From the NCBI GenBank assembly GCA_963818475.1, contig CAWFSF010000002.1, positions 352,001 through 416,000 of the forward strand: a stretch of 64,000 nucleotides of DNA, written 5' to 3'. The notes under the pieces were generated by a model. It saw nothing but the letters and a program-made list of their open reading frames with translations. It had not been told where the DNA came from and ran no database searches. The position numbers were made by a program, and so were the translations under genes. The first letter of the stretch is position 1; each line of letters opens with the position of its first letter. This document shows positions 23,046 through 35,724 of the stretch, piece after piece. This stretch comes from Nitrospirota bacterium (lineage in GTDB: Bacteria; Nitrospirota; UBA9217).

Positions 23046-23943
23046 CTAGCACCGGCCGATCCTGGAAATCGCCTTGCGAGCGACATCGCCGATGTCCCGG
23101 TCGGCGCACAATCCGGCAAGAGAAGGCAATGCTTCCTGTATTTTGCAGCAGCCAAGCGTGATCGCGGCATTCCGCTTCGCCTCGTGGTTGTTCGAGCTGA
23201 GGATTTCGAGCAGGAAGCCTGTTAGTCTCGGGCTGACCAGACAGGTTGCCCCCGCTATCCGGCCATCGCGCAAAAATGGCGGCAACGGCTTCCAGCGTCC
23301 ACTCGCGCAATGACGGTTCCTCATCCTCAAGCAGCTTGCCGAGCGGCCCCAGTGCGGCGGGATCGCCGATCTTTCCCAAGGCCTGGATCGCCGGCATATT
23401 CGCACCCGGCACTTCCAGCAGCGCAATAAGCGGCCCGACCGCGCGGCTGTCAGCCAGTTCGCCCAGGGCCATCGCTGCCGGGAACTGGAGCCACATATCG
23501 CCGGTCAGCGCATCGATGAGGGGGAGCACTGCCCGGTCGTCCCTGATCCTGCCCAAAGACTCTGCCGCCGCATGCTTCACATTGAGGTCCTCATCGACCA
23601 GTGCGTTGATCAGCGCCGGTACGGCCTCGCGGATTCCCATGGTGCCGAGCATGACCGCCGCAAAGGTCCGGACCTCCTCGTCGGCATCCTGCAGCAGCAA
23701 GGCAAGACGGGGCAGCGACCGGCTGCCGAATGCAACATACAATTCCATGCCCGCATTTCTGACGTTGGCATTGGCGTCGTTACGGAGGGCCTGCTCCAGA
23801 ACGGAGTAGATAATATCATCCGGTTTGGCGCTAAGCAGTGCTGCGATCCGAACCTGCTCTTCGCTGCCGTGGTCATAGTAGGTTGCGAGCAGCGACATGA
23901 GCGCATCCTGTGTATTCAGTATCTCGTTGTTGTTATTCGTCAT
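23046..23943 (-). CDS. HEAT-repeat (PBS lyase-like) protein
   Basis: Repeats of D..EVR..AA..LG.I.D.RAV.PLI.AL; frameshift near 23240. Confidence 0.88.
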
Positions 23944-24019
23944 GCTTGTGCTGCATCCTTTCTCTTGAACCTGCTCACGGGAGTTCGTCGCAAACTGTCC
24001 TGAGGAGTTCCCCTCCCGG

Positions 24020-24881
24020 CTAGAACGCGCCTACAGCGATCGCTGCCTGGCGAAGCTGATCATAGTCGTGGTCCGACACGGGAACGAATCCCGTCAGCTG
24101 CGCAGGTCCAAGAATCTGACGGGCGCGGGTGCTGCCTGGCTTGAGCTTGAGCAGCGCCGTCCGGAGCTTCTCTGAGAACTCTTTGCGAAGCGTGGGTGCG
24201 GCAAAGAGCGGCCAGTTCGGATAGTAATCCGTGTATGCCACGATCCTTATCTTTGAAATGTCCAGCGATCCTTTCTGCTTTTCCAGGTCATCTTCACGGA
24301 GTCCGCCGGCATCTGCAGCGCCGTTGATCACCGCCCTCACGACAACATCGTGTTTTTTTGCAAAAGGCAGCGTGATGAAATCCTTTTTCACGTCCAGGCC
24401 GGCACTGCTCAAGGTCATCATCTGGAAAAGGTAACCTGCGGCAGAGCTCTTTTCCACGAACAGGAGCCTCTTGCCCTTAAGGTCGCGAATGCTGCGGATC
24501 GCGCTGTCCTTCCGGGCGATGATGATCCCCCGGAACCGTGTTCCCCCTTTGGGTTCTGATGCCAGGGCCAGGGGATCGAGAAGCAGTTCCTTTTTCAGCT
24601 GGACATAGATCAGGGGGTTTGCGAAACCAGCATCGATCTGACCCGCCCGGGCTGCGGCCTTGAACGCATCGAAATCCCTGGGTATCACCAGGCTCACTTT
24701 TTCTCCCGTTTCTTCGCTCAGGTAGAGGGCAAGGGGATTGAACATGTCATAGAGCTCGACAGCGCTTAAACGCGGCAGGATGCCGAGCCGGACCTCTGCC
24801 TGTGCTCGGGCCGTTATGCCGGACACCGCCGCGATGACCATAGCTGGCCACTATTAATCGAATCAATGCCCTGTTCAGCAT
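24020..24881 (-). CDS. PhnD/phosphonate-type solute-binding protein without transporter genes
   Basis: RLGILP..FNPLALYLSEETG, ANPLIYV, DLKGK..SSAAGYL, HDVVVRAV..ADAG; signal-peptide-like N-terminus (start approximate). Confidence 0.85.
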
Positions 24882-24900
24882 AGCCCCTTTGCAAGAACCG

Positions 24901-25281
24901 CTATTTGACTTCAGCAGGATAGAACTTTTCGATCAACTGATGCAGATCGCTCGGCTGGAAAGGTTTTTTCACGTAGCCCTTGGCGCCGAGAGCGAGGCCG
25001 CGCATCGTGTCTTCTTCCTTCCCCTCCGTGCTCACCAGGACGATCGGAATATGGTTGAACGAGCCGAGCTCTTTCACTTTTTTGATGAAATCGAGCCCGT
25101 TCATCACCGGCATGTTGATGTCGAGCAGGATAAGGTCGGTATCCGGATTTTTAGCCAGTTTGTCCAGCCCGTCCTGACCGTTCAGGGCATCCACGATCTG
25201 ACACTTGTACCGCATCAGCACCATCTTATACATCTGGTGAATCAGGGCGGAATCATCCACCACCAGCACCTTTTTCAACAT
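24901..25281 (-). CDS. CheY-like single-domain response regulator
   Basis: VLVVDDS, LLDINMPVMNG, VSTEG, YVKKPF. Confidence 0.92.
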   Translation of the reverse strand: MLKKVLVVDDSALIHQMYKMVLMRYKCQIVDALNGQDGLDKLAKNPDTDLILLDINMPVMNGLDFIKKVKELGSFNHIPIVLVSTEGKEEDTMRGLALGAKGYVKKPFQPSDLHQLIEKFYPAEVK

Positions 25282-25327
25282 TGTTCTTCCTCCCGATCAT
25301 GAGCGTGCCGCGTTGCTCAAGACAATT

Positions 25328-25722
25328 TCATGCTATGGAATAAATACTCATTTCCTGAACGCCGCGCATCAGTTCCGTGATGTTTATTGGTTTGTCATAG
25401 TAGTAGTCGGCGCCGCGCTCCAGAGCCTGCTTGCGCAGGTCACCCGAACCGAAGCCTGACATGATGATCACTTTTGTTTTCGGCGAGTTTTTTTTGACGT
25501 AGCTCAGGATCTCGAGCCCCTCTTCACCGAGGATCCCCGTCATTCTGATATCGGCGATGACCAGGTCAAAAAAATATTTTTCCAAGGCCGCTTCCGCGGA
25601 CTCAAGCCTGCTCGCCGTCACCACTTCAACACCCTGTGACCGCAGCGAATAGGACAGGGACAACAAGACCGCAGGCTCATTATCCACGATCAGTATTTTT
25701 TTGTTTCCGTTATCGTAGCCAT
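25328..25722 (-). CDS. single-domain response regulator
   Basis: ILIVDNEP, IADIRMTG, IMSGFG, YYDKP; the start needs a one-base correction in an A-run. Confidence 0.85.
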
Positions 25723-26055
25723 ACGAGACACCTGAGTGATGATTTTCAACAGTCGATATTTTGCAATATCTATACCGTCATGTAATATAAATTTAAGTTG
25801 TTATTTATCAATTTGTTACCTTTGCAGCAGGTGCCGAACCTGTCCGAAAACACTACAGACGCTGCCGGAGATTGGTCAAAATTTGGCATAATTGATTGCC
25901 CTTCTTGATTTTGCAGTATAAAGGTGTTACTCTTCTGCGCTATAGAGACCTTTCGTTGCAGATGGACCGGACGAGGTCCGGTTTTACCAGCTGTTATGCT
26001 CGGTCGATTGAGCCCAGCCATTATTTTCGGATTCACACCCCTGGATGACAATATC

Positions 26056-27129
26056 TTGACGACTCCCAAAATAAATATTAAATCCCTGACCCTGGAGGAA
26101 CTCAAAGCTTTGCTCACCGAGCTTGGATGCAAACCTTTCCGGGCAGGACAACTCTTCGCCTGGATCTACAGCAGGGGCGCCCAGTCCTTTGACGAGATGA
26201 CCGATATTGCCAAGGCCGAGCGGACGCTGCTTGAGCTCCCGCTTTTCCGTCGCCTCGCTCAGACCTGCTCCGCCAGGAACTCTCTTCAGACGGGACCCGG
26301 AAGTTCCTGTTCGGGCTTGAGGACGGGCATACGGTCGAGAGCGTGCTTATTCCTGAAGAGGACCGGCAGACGCTCTGCATCTCTTCGCAGGTAGGCTGCG
26401 CCCAGGCCTGCCGGTTCTGCATCACCGGCGGGGGCGGGTTCCAGAGGAACCTCAAGGCCTATGAAATTGCCGATCAGGTCGTGATCGTGGAAAAGTTCCT
26501 GGCAGGAGGTAAAAAGTATTCGCCCGAGACGCGCAGTATAACGAACATCGTTCTCATGGGCATGGGTGAACCGCTGGCGAACTTCGACGAGGTGGTAAAG
26601 GCACTGGCCATCATAACCGGCGAGCCGGGCCTTGGCTTTTCTACCCGGCGCGTGACGCTTTCAACAGCAGGCCTGGTCCCGGAGATCGAGAAGCTCGGCA
26701 GATCAGGCATAAAGGTGAATCTTGCCGTATCGCTGAACGCGACGACCGACGAGGTGCGGGACCGGATCATGCCGGTGAACAAGCGCTATCCGATCAAAGA
26801 GCTCCTGACCGCCTGCAGGCACTACCCCCTTGAACCCCGGCGGCGCATCACCTTTGAGTATGTTCTGCTGCAGCAAGGTGAACGACTCGCCAGAGGATGC
26901 GCTCCGGCTGACTAAACTGCTGCGCGGCATCAAAGCAAAGATCAACCTCATTCCGTACAACCCCTCGCCCGGAAGCGAGTTCAAAAGACCCTCCGACGCC
27001 ACGGTCAAGCGCTTCCAGCAGATCCTGCAGGAGCACGACTACACGGCGCTGATCCGAGAGTCGCGCGGGAGAGATATTGCTGCTGCATGTGGGCAATTGA
27101 GAGAGCGGGAAGCAGGTGCAAAAAAGTAA
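26056..27129 (+). CDS. rlmN: 23S rRNA/tRNA m2A radical SAM methyltransferase (frameshifted)
   Basis: [52 protein letters not shown]. Confidence 0.96.
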
Positions 27130-27149
27130 AAGCAATGAACCAAAAAACG

Positions 27150-27293
27150 GCATTTGGACACGGAAGAATCGGAAATATCTGATTAATGCGGATAAATTCC
27201 AAAGCAAAGCATTCACCTATTGGGCGAACCTTTTATAAAAGAAATAATCCGCCGTTATCCGGCTCTTATCCGTGTTAATCCGTGTCCAAATGC
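27150..27293. repeat. MITE-like element with 15-bp terminal inverted repeats
   Basis: GCATTTGGACACGGA (27150-27164) and TCCGTGTCCAAATGC (27279-27293) with internal 9-nt sub-repeats. Confidence 0.7.
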
Positions 27294-27482
27294 TTTTTTA
27301 AGGATGAAATCTGTACCTACACGCTGCTAACGCCGTCGTAATCCTCAAAAAAAAGCTGCCTGCTTTGCGGACAGGGTCGATACTGTTGCAGTTAACGTTC
27401 TCGTGACTAAACAAAAAGGACGAGAAACCGTCTCTCGTCCTTCGTCTCGCGTCGCATTTCATCGTCACCCATCGCTCAACCG

Positions 27483-27863
27483 CTACTTCTTGCCCCCCAG
27501 GATCTGGTTGACCACGTTCAGGAGGTCTGCGGTCTGGATGGGTTTCGGGATGTAGGCATTGGCGCCGAGCGCGAGGCCGCGCTTCCGGTCCTCGTCGGCG
27601 CCCTCGGTCGTGATGATGATGATGGGGATGGTCTTGTGCGCCGGATCGTTGCGGACCATGGAGACGAGCTTCAGGCCGTCCATGATCGGCATGTTGATGT
27701 CGGTCAGGATGATGTCGAACTTCTGGGTCGACAGCTTCTTGAGCGCGTCGATGCCGTCGTTCGCCTCGACGATCTTGCTCCCCGGGATGCGCTTCAGGGC
27801 AAAGGAGATGAGCTGCCGCATCGTCGGGGAGTCTTCAACCACCAGAAAATTATACTCGGGCAT
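27483..27863 (-). CDS. cheY: CheY response regulator
   Basis: VVEDSPTMRQL, LTDINMPIMDG, ITTEG, YIPKPI. Confidence 0.93.
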   Translation of the reverse strand: MPEYNFLVVEDSPTMRQLISFALKRIPGSKIVEANDGIDALKKLSTQKFDIILTDINMPIMDGLKLVSMVRNDPAHKTIPIIIITTEGADEDRKRGLALGANAYIPKPIQTADLLNVVNQILGGKK

Positions 27864-27875
27864 TTCGACCTCCGT

Positions 27876-28682
27876 TTATTTTTCCTTCAGCAGATCGAGG
27901 AAGCTCTGGATCGTCGTGAGCTTGCGCTCCGACTGCGAATAGAGCTTTGACGAGAAGAGCGCCGTGGCCGCGTGGCCGGCGAGCATGGAGAACAGCTCGT
28001 AGTCCACGTTCGAGAAGGCCTGCTTCTGCACCAGCAGCTTGTAGATCGACGATCACGCCGATCACGTGCTCCTTGATCTTGAGCGGGATGCAGACGAGCG
28101 GGTGGATGATAATCGACGCCCGTGAGATCGGTGGGATCGCCTTCGCGGTAGATAGGCTTCGCCGGACTTGGCGCGCCTGCCGATGATGCCCTCGCCGAGC
28201 TTGACGCTCGGCCGCGGCCTCGGGGCCCATCCCTTCCTGGCCACGATCGTCAGCTCGTTCGTCTTTTCATCGAGCATCATGATCGAGAACTCCTCGGCGC
28301 CGATCAGGTTCATGACGATCTCGAGGATGATCTTGAGCGACTCGCTGAAGTCGAGGGTCGAGTGGAGCTGATAGCTGGCCACGTAGAGGTTCGCCAGGTT
28401 GTTGTTCTCGGCCTCGACCTCGATGTACCGGTTCGCGAAATCCTTGTTCTCTTCCTCCACCTCGCGGTAGCGGTCGAGCAGGTTCTTGTTCTCCTCCTCG
28501 AGGAACTTGATCCGCTCCTCCATGGAGTGCACCTTGAAGGTGCCGTCGCGGTCCGAGAACTTGGTGAGCTCTTCGAGCTTGGCGACCCGGTACCGCAGCT
28601 TCTCGTTCTCCTTGAGCAGCTCCTGGGTGAATTCCTCGCCCTTTTTGAAGACCTGGAGAAAGTCCTCGACCTTTTTCGACAT
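27876..28682 (-). CDS. coiled-coil + GAF domain protein
   Basis: N-terminal coiled coil (ELLKENEKLR..EEENKDFANRY), LYVASYQLHSTLD, GEGIIG, PLVCIPLKIKEHVIGVI; frameshifted. Confidence 0.85.
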
Positions 28683-28830
28683 CGATGCCGGTTTCCTTTT
28701 CCATCATACCCTCCTCGACTGCCGCGGTAATGAACGGAGCCATCTCTCCCCAACGAGAAATCTGTCCGGGGGCCGCCGGCGAGCTGCGGCGCCGTCAGCC
28801 ACATTGATACAGATATGTTGCCAATTATAG

Positions 28831-29954
28831 TCAGGAGTCCGACAAATTTATCAAGGACACATTTCTTTTTCTCATGACAGCCCAGTCCCGCTCCGTGCAC
28901 CGCCGCAGGATCTCGCCGGCCATGCTGCCGAGCGGCAGCACCTTGTCCACCGCGCCGGTCCGGATCGCCTCCTGCGGCATGCCGAAGATGACAGCGCTCT
29001 CCTCGCTCTCGGCAAGACACTGCCCTCCCTGCTTTTTGATGGCAGCTGCGCCCTCTGCGCCGTCACGCCCCATACCGGTCAGCACGACCCCCAGCGCTGC
29101 CGGCCCGCAGGCTTCGGCGACCGATACCATCATCCGGTCAGCCGAGGGCACATACTTGTCCTCCGGCGTCCGGGGCGCGAGCTCGACAACAAGCCGTTCG
29201 GTCCCTCTTTACGTACCAGCAGGTGATAACCGCCGGGCGCGATCAGCACCCGGCCGGGACGGATGCGGTCGCCGGCCTCGGCCTCGCTCACCATGAGCGC
29301 CGAGAGCTTGTTCAGCCGCTCGGCAAAGCTCCGGGTAAATCCCGGCGGCATGTGCTGCGAAATGACGATCCCGGCGCCGAATCGCTGCGGCAGCGCCGTG
29401 AGGATCGCCTGCAGCGCAGGCGGCCCGCCGGTGGAGGATGCGATAGCAACCACCTCGATCGGGCCCTGTTCCTGCGAAGCGTCGTCTTCCTTGCGGGTGC
29501 CGGCGACGGCTCTGGTCCCTGCGCCAGCAGGTCCATGGCCGACTGGACCTTGGACATTTCAGGTTCAGCACGGCATGCACCTTGGCCACCAGTTCGTCCC
29601 GGATGCCCCTCGATGCTCTGCGAGATCCGGGCTTCCGGCTTGGCCAGAAAATCGACGGCACCGAGTTCCAGGGCCCGGAACACGCTGCGGCTGTCCGAAC
29701 GGGACGAGAGGACCAGCACGGGCGTGGGCCGCTCCTTCATGAGCCAGCGCAGGAAGGTAAACCCGTCCATGTTCGGCATCTCAAGGTCGAGGGTGATGAC
29801 ATCGGGCTGGAGGCGCAGCGTCTTGGCGATGGCATCAATGCCGTCACGCGGCAACACCGACGACCTCGATGCCCGGATCGCGCTCGAGCATCTTGGTGAT
29901 GGTCATGCGGTTATATGCCGAGTCGTCGACGACCAGCACCTTGATCTTTTTCAT
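28831..29954 (-). CDS. cheB: chemotaxis methylesterase
   Basis: Receiver ([15 protein letters not shown]) plus [32 protein letters not shown]; frameshifted. Confidence 0.94.
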
Positions 29955-29982
29955 TGCGGCCTGCATTTCTTCCCCCGCATGC

Positions 29983-30844
29983 TCAAGTCCTGACCCGCGC
30001 CGGTTTCTGATAGACCATGTCGTTCTTGAGCGTGCGCAGCACGAAGGCGTTCGAGATGTTGATCAGCGACTCGGAGTGACCCAGGAGGAGATATCCGCCC
30101 TCGCGGAGCTTGTCGTGAAAACTTTCGATCACCTTTTTCTTTGCTTCACGGTCGAAATAGATGATCACGTTCCGGCAGAAAATGACGTCCATGTTGCTGA
30201 TCAGGCTGGTCTTATAGGGATCGAGCAGGTTCACGTAGCTGAACGATACGAGTTCGCGCACCGTGTCGATGATCCGGTAGTCGCCTTTGCCTTCTTCGAC
30301 AAAATATTTTTCCAGCATCTCGGGCGTCGAGACCCGGTGCGACGTCTTTTTGTAAACACCCTTGCGCGCCGTGTGCAGAACACGCTGATTGATGTCGCTC
30401 CCGAGGATCTCCACCTGCCAGTCGCGCCACCAGGCGCCGGACTCCAGCAGCAGCATGGCAATGGTGTAGGGCTCTTCGCCGGTGGAGCATCCGGCGCTCC
30501 AGATCCGGAGCGATTTGCGGTCTGCGAGGATCGTGCGCAGCTCGGGCAGGATCTCCTCGGAAAAGGCCCGGAGCTGCGGGCTCTCCCGAAAGAAGTAGGT
30601 TTCGTTCGTCGTCAGGTTGTCGACAAGGACCGCCAGTTCCTCGTCCCGCTTCCGGTCATAGCGGAGAAAGTGATAGTATTCCTCGAAGGTCTTGACCTGG
30701 CGCTGCTCGAGCCGGCGCGCCAGCCGGCGTTCAACGAGGAACTTGGAGCCGTCGTCGAAATAGATGCCGCAGTAGCCGTGGACCAAATCCCGCAAGAAGC
30801 CTGAAGACATCGTCGGGCAGCGGAATGTGTTGTTCTTCGAACAT
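29983..30844 (-). CDS. cheR: chemotaxis methyltransferase
   Basis: TTNETYFFRE, WSAGCSTGEEPYT, IFCRNVIIYF, LLGHSE. Confidence 0.96.
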
Positions 30845-32839
30845 CTATCTCCCCAGCGCTTCCGTCGCCGCCTGACGCACGGTCTTGTCCGCGTCGCCGG
30901 CCGCCATCGTTGCCAGGAGCGCCTCCAGTGCGGCATCCCGATGCTGCCTGACGATCTCGATCGCCGCCTTCCGCACGCTCCAATGCGGGTCCGACAACCG
31001 GGACACCACGGCCGGCCGGACAGCCTCCCAGGGGTAACCTGCCAGGGTCGTCAGCACGATCTTGCGCACCTCGGGGTCGTCGTGGTCGACAAGCCGCAGC
31101 AGGGCGGCCTGCGCCTCGCCGACCCGAAGCTTCCCCATGATCTCGACAAGCGCCAGAAGAAAGATATCGGTTGCCTTGTCAAGATAGGATGCCAGGAGCT
31201 GCCCGATCTGCGCGCTTCCGATCCTGCCGAGCCCGCGTGCCGCTGCAGCCCGGACCCAGAGGTCCTGGTCCTCGAGCAGCGAGATGAGCGCCTCAGAGAC
31301 ACCGGGCGCAGAAAGCCTGCCCAGGGCCTCGGCAGCAAGCATCCGGACCTCGGGGTCGTCGTCGGTCACTGCCAGCATGAGCGGCCGCAGCGACCGCTCT
31401 TCCGGCAGATTGCCCAGTGCATGGACAACGGCCTTGCGGACCTCGGCCTCCTCGTCCTTAAGCGCGAAAACCAGGGCGTCTGCAGCACTGGCGGTTGCGA
31501 ACTTCCCGAGCAGCAGCGCGATATTCCTGCGCAGCGGCACATCCTGCAGGGTATACTCCTTCACCAGCCGCTCGAGGACGGATTCGATCGCCGATCGCGG
31601 CCAGCGCCTGGATTGCCGATTCCTGCACGCTCTTGTATTCGTCCGTCAGAAGATCGAGCAGCGGCGACCACCGCCTTGCCGCTCCGCAGCCGGCCCAGCG
31701 CCTCTGCGGCCGTGCTGCGCACATGTCCGTTCTCGTCGTCCAGCAGCTCGATCAGCGGCTCTTCCGCCTCGGGCCTGCCGAATTCTCCCAGGACCCGGGC
31801 CACCGTCCGCCGGACCAGCGCGTTCTCGTCGGAAAGATAGGCCAGCAGCTGCGGTCCTGTCCCGGAAGGCATGGCAATGAGCGCCTGCGCCATCGGTTCT
31901 TCAAGCTCCTCTTCGTTAAGCAGGGCAAGCAGCTTCGGAATGGAATGCTCCCTGCCGGCCCAGCCGAGCACGGCAAGGCACGCCTTCTGCAGCTCACCGG
32001 TCGTGGTGCCGAGCATCTGTTCGGCAAGGGCCACGGTTTCGTCGCTCATGCCCTCGCGCACCGTCCGCGCGATCGTCAGCCGCGTCGCCTGACCGCTCTT
32101 CCGGTAAATCGCCAAAAGCGCGGCCATGGACACCTCGCGCACGATGCGGAGCGGATCGGAAAGGCCGGCGACCAGCGGCGCCAGCGTATTTTCGTTGCCG
32201 ATCTTGCCGAGCGCTTCCAGCACCGGCTCCCGGAGCGTGATGCGGCCCAGGGCGGCCATCAGCGGACCCAGCGCCCGTTCGTCCCCGATCTCGCCGAGCG
32301 CCTCGGCTGCGGCATAGTCGAGCCAGCCCTGATCGGCACGCTGCAGACATGCCAGCAGTGCGTCCACGGCCCGGGGGTCCCGGATCTTGCCCAGCGCCTC
32401 TGCCGATGCCACCCGGATATTTTCGTCGGGATCACTCAGCGCATTGATCAGAACGGGCACGGCCCGCTGGTCCCGGATGTCGCCGAGGATATCGACAATG
32501 AACTTCCGCACATCGGCATCAGTGGTGCCCAGTCATCGGCAGGAGGTCGTCGACCGCACCGGCGCCGATCTGCACCAGCGCTTCGATGGCCGCGTTTCGC
32601 GCGCCGGCATTATCATGGAGCGACAGGGTCTTGATCAGCTGCGCAATGACGCCGGCGCCGCCGATCTGCACCAGCGCCTCCACCGCCGTCTTGCGCACCC
32701 GCCAGTCCATGTCACCCAGGGCACGAAAGAGCAGCGGCACGGCCCCGGCCCCCGAGCGACCGAGATCGATGACCGCTTCACGGCGCTCTTCTGCGTCGGC
32801 ACTCTGCAGTTTTTTCCCGAGGAACTCCTGATCAGGCAT
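30845..32839 (-). CDS. long HEAT-repeat protein (frameshifted)
   Basis: Continuous D..WRVRK.A.EAL / VR..AAEALG repeats across ORFs 32519-32839, 31561-32511 and 30845-31564. Confidence 0.9.
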
Positions 32840-33359
32840 CGCCCGCCTCCGCCAATGCTTCCCGCTCCTGCCGGCTCAGGATCTTCGTAATATCAAGCAG
32901 GATCACCAGCCGATCACCTACCTTGCCCACGCCGTCGATAAAGTCCGCCTGCAGCCCCCGTGCTGCAGCCGGCGCCGGATCGATCTGCTGCCGCGGGATG
33001 TGCAGTACTTCGCGCACCCCATCGACCACCAGGCCGAGCAGGTCGGTGCCCGCGCTGCCGGGGCCGCGCACCGCTCCCCGGGTGATCAGCATGCGCACCT
33101 TCTTCGCCGGACCCGGCGCGAGCTCCAGTCCGAAGCGCTTTCGCAGGTCCACGACGGGAATGATCGCGCCGCGCAGGTTGACGACCCCCTCGATGAATTC
33201 CGGCATCCGGGGAAGCGTGGTGATGCGCAGCGGACGGACCACCTCGGCGATCGACCGGATGTCGAGGCCGAACTCCTCAGCGCCGACCTGGAAGGTAACG
33301 AGCTGCACGCTCTCTTCTGCGACGACGGCCTTTTTTTCTCTCGTGTCTCTCACGTTCAT
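32832..33359 (-). CDS. cheW: CheW coupling protein
   Basis: QLVTFQVGAEEFG, GVVNLRGAIIPVVDLR, GLVVDGV, LVILLD. Confidence 0.94.
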   Translation of the reverse strand: MNVRDTREKKAVVAEESVQLVTFQVGAEEFGLDIRSIAEVVRPLRITTLPRMPEFIEGVVNLRGAIIPVVDLRKRFGLELAPGPAKKVRMLITRGAVRGPGSAGTDLLGLVVDGVREVLHIPRQQIDPAPAAARGLQADFIDGVGKVGDRLVILLDITKILSRQEREALAEAGDA

Positions 33360-33413
33360 TGACCTGTATTAGCAACTCAGGAATTAGATTCCGACCAAAA
33401 TGGCAAGGCTATT

Positions 33414-33527
33414 TCTCGCAAAGGCGCAAAGGACGCGAAGGAAACCATACGTCGATAATTAATTGGTTTAAAACAAAAAGCAATCCTTGTCCCGGATTTT
33501 CTTGGCGACCTTTGCGCCTTTGCGAGA
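33414..33527. repeat. MITE-like element with 19-bp perfect inverted repeats
   Basis: TCTCGCAAAGGCGCAAAGG (33414-33432) and CCTTTGCGCCTTTGCGAGA (33509-33527) around an AT-rich core. Confidence 0.78.
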
Positions 33528-33554
33528 GACGCCGTTAACGTTGCATTATTGTTA

Positions 33555-35673
33555 CTACGTTTTGAACTTCTCGATCTCTTTGTTCAGCGCGCCGGCCTGT
33601 CCGGCGATCACGTCCATGGCGACATGCAGCCCTGAAGCCAGGTCCGCGTTCGCCCGGGCGATCTCCTTGATCCGGTCGATGGCCTGCACGATGAGGTCGC
33701 TCCCTGTTTGGACCTCGCCGGCCGCCCGGTTCACCAGGCTGATCTTGGCGCTCATATTTTCAACAGCGCCGGTGATGTCTTTGCTCCCCTTCACCTGTTC
33801 ATCGGTGGAGCGCTTGACCACCCGCGTCAGTTCCCGCATCTTCTCCGCGGCGCGCATGATCTGCTCGCTGCCGGTCCGCTGCTCGGTCGTGGCCCGGGCG
33901 ATCTGGTGCGCCATGTCGTTGATCTTGTCCACGGCAGCGCCCACCTGCCGGATGCCCTGGGACTGTTCGCTCGCAGCCCGATTGATGCTCTTGCTCATGC
34001 TCCGGGACTGCCCGGCGCGCTCAAGGATCTTGGTGAGCGCTGCTCCGGCATCCTGGGAAAGCCGCACACCCTCTTCGACCATGACGGACTCTTCCCGCAT
34101 GACCTCCACCGCTTCCCGCGCTTCTTCCTGGACCGAGGTGATCAGCGCACTGATCTCCTGCGTGGAGGACGCCGTACGGTTCGCCAGCTCCCGGATCTCC
34201 GCGGCCACCACGGCAAATCCTCTGCCGTGCTCGCCGGCCTGTGCGGCAAGGATGGCCGCATTAAGGGCAAGAAGGCCCGTCTGGTCCGTGATGTCCTCGA
34301 TCACGGTCAGAATGCTGCCGATGTTCTCGGCACGCTCACCCAGGCGGTTCACCACACCGGACGTCTTGCCCGTCGACTCCGCGATCCTGTTCATGCCGTC
34401 GATCGTCTTTTCTATGGACCGCATGCCAAGCTGTTCGGCATCGGCGGCAACGGCCTCGGCGATGACCGCCGATTCCCTGGCAATGGCCTCCACTTCCCGT
34501 ACGGAAGCGCTGATCTCCGTGGTTGACGCAGCGGTTTCCTCGGCCGCCGAGGACAGGACCGCCACATTCTCGGCGATCTGCCGGACCGCGGCGGACATCT
34601 GGGTGATGGCGGTTGACGGTCTCCTCGATGGAGGAGGAGAGCTCGGACATCGTCAGGGCCACTTCCTGGATCGAGGCCGCCATCTCGATGACCGACGAGG
34701 ATGTCTGCTCGGAGGTCTCATAGATGTCTTCGACGTTCCCGGCGATCTCCTTGAGCGAATAGTGCATCTCATTCACCGACGAAGCCGCCTCTTCAACCGA
34801 CTCGGCCTGAACCCTGCTGCCGTCGGCTATTGCCGAGGATTTCTCCTGCACTTCCTTCCAGACCAGGGCGCTGTTGCCGGCGGCCTTCCGCACGTTCTCG
34901 ATCATGCCTTTCAGGCCGATGATCATGCGGTTCAGGCCGCGGCCGAGCATCCCGAGCTCATCAACGGACTTCACATGCACGCTCACCCTGAGGTCGCCGG
35001 CGGCAATGTTCGAAGCCACGGCAACGGCCTCCTTCGTGGGCGCCACGATCATTTTCCGCGACATGACGTAGAGAAGGAACGACAGCAGCAGCACGATCCC
35101 GACGCTCGTCCCGAGGAGCAAAAAAACGACATGCCGGATGTCCTGTTCAACAGCTGACGTTGCAAAACCCATGGTGACGGTGCCAAGCTTCGTCCCGCGG
35201 GGATTGATCTCGACCGCCACTTCCAGCACGTCGAACTGCCGGCGGACCTTGGCAATAAGGGCGAAAACATCGCCGGCCCCCTCCCCGGTCATGAGCGCCT
35301 TCACGTCAGGGTTGTCGCGGTTGAAGCTGACGGAGGAGGTGCTGAGCGCTGCGCCGTTGGCGTCGGTGACCACGGCGTACAGCACATCCTTTGATTTCGC
35401 CACCTCGTCGACCAGCGAGTCCAGTGCCACGAGGTTCCAGTCCAGAATGAAGTCGCTGCCCGCCTTGCCCAGGAACTGGCCGAGCTCCCGCCCCCGCGTT
35501 TCGAGGGACCGGTACTCCCCTTTCCTCAGGGTCTGCGCGACAAAGGAGGTCCCGACGACCATCAGGAGAGAAACAAAACAGGTCATGACCACCACGAGTT
35601 TCAGCCCCATGCTGGCATCGACCTTCTTCTTCAATTTGCTGGCGGCTATTTTTTCCTTGATCCTTCGTAACAT
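33555..35673 (-). CDS. methyl-accepting chemotaxis protein (2 TM, HAMP, elongated signalling domain; one frameshift)
   Basis: TM1, periplasmic domain, TM2, [41 protein letters not shown]. Confidence 0.94.
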
Positions 35674-35724
35674 GGTTCCTTTCCCTTCACCGGGGAGCCC
35701 GGGTTCCCGGCGGCGATGGCGCTG

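Noticed and set aside
28683-28830. GC-rich leader between cheB and the GAF gene as a possible riboswitch
   Set aside because: No recognisable aptamer consensus by eye; an Rfam search would be needed.
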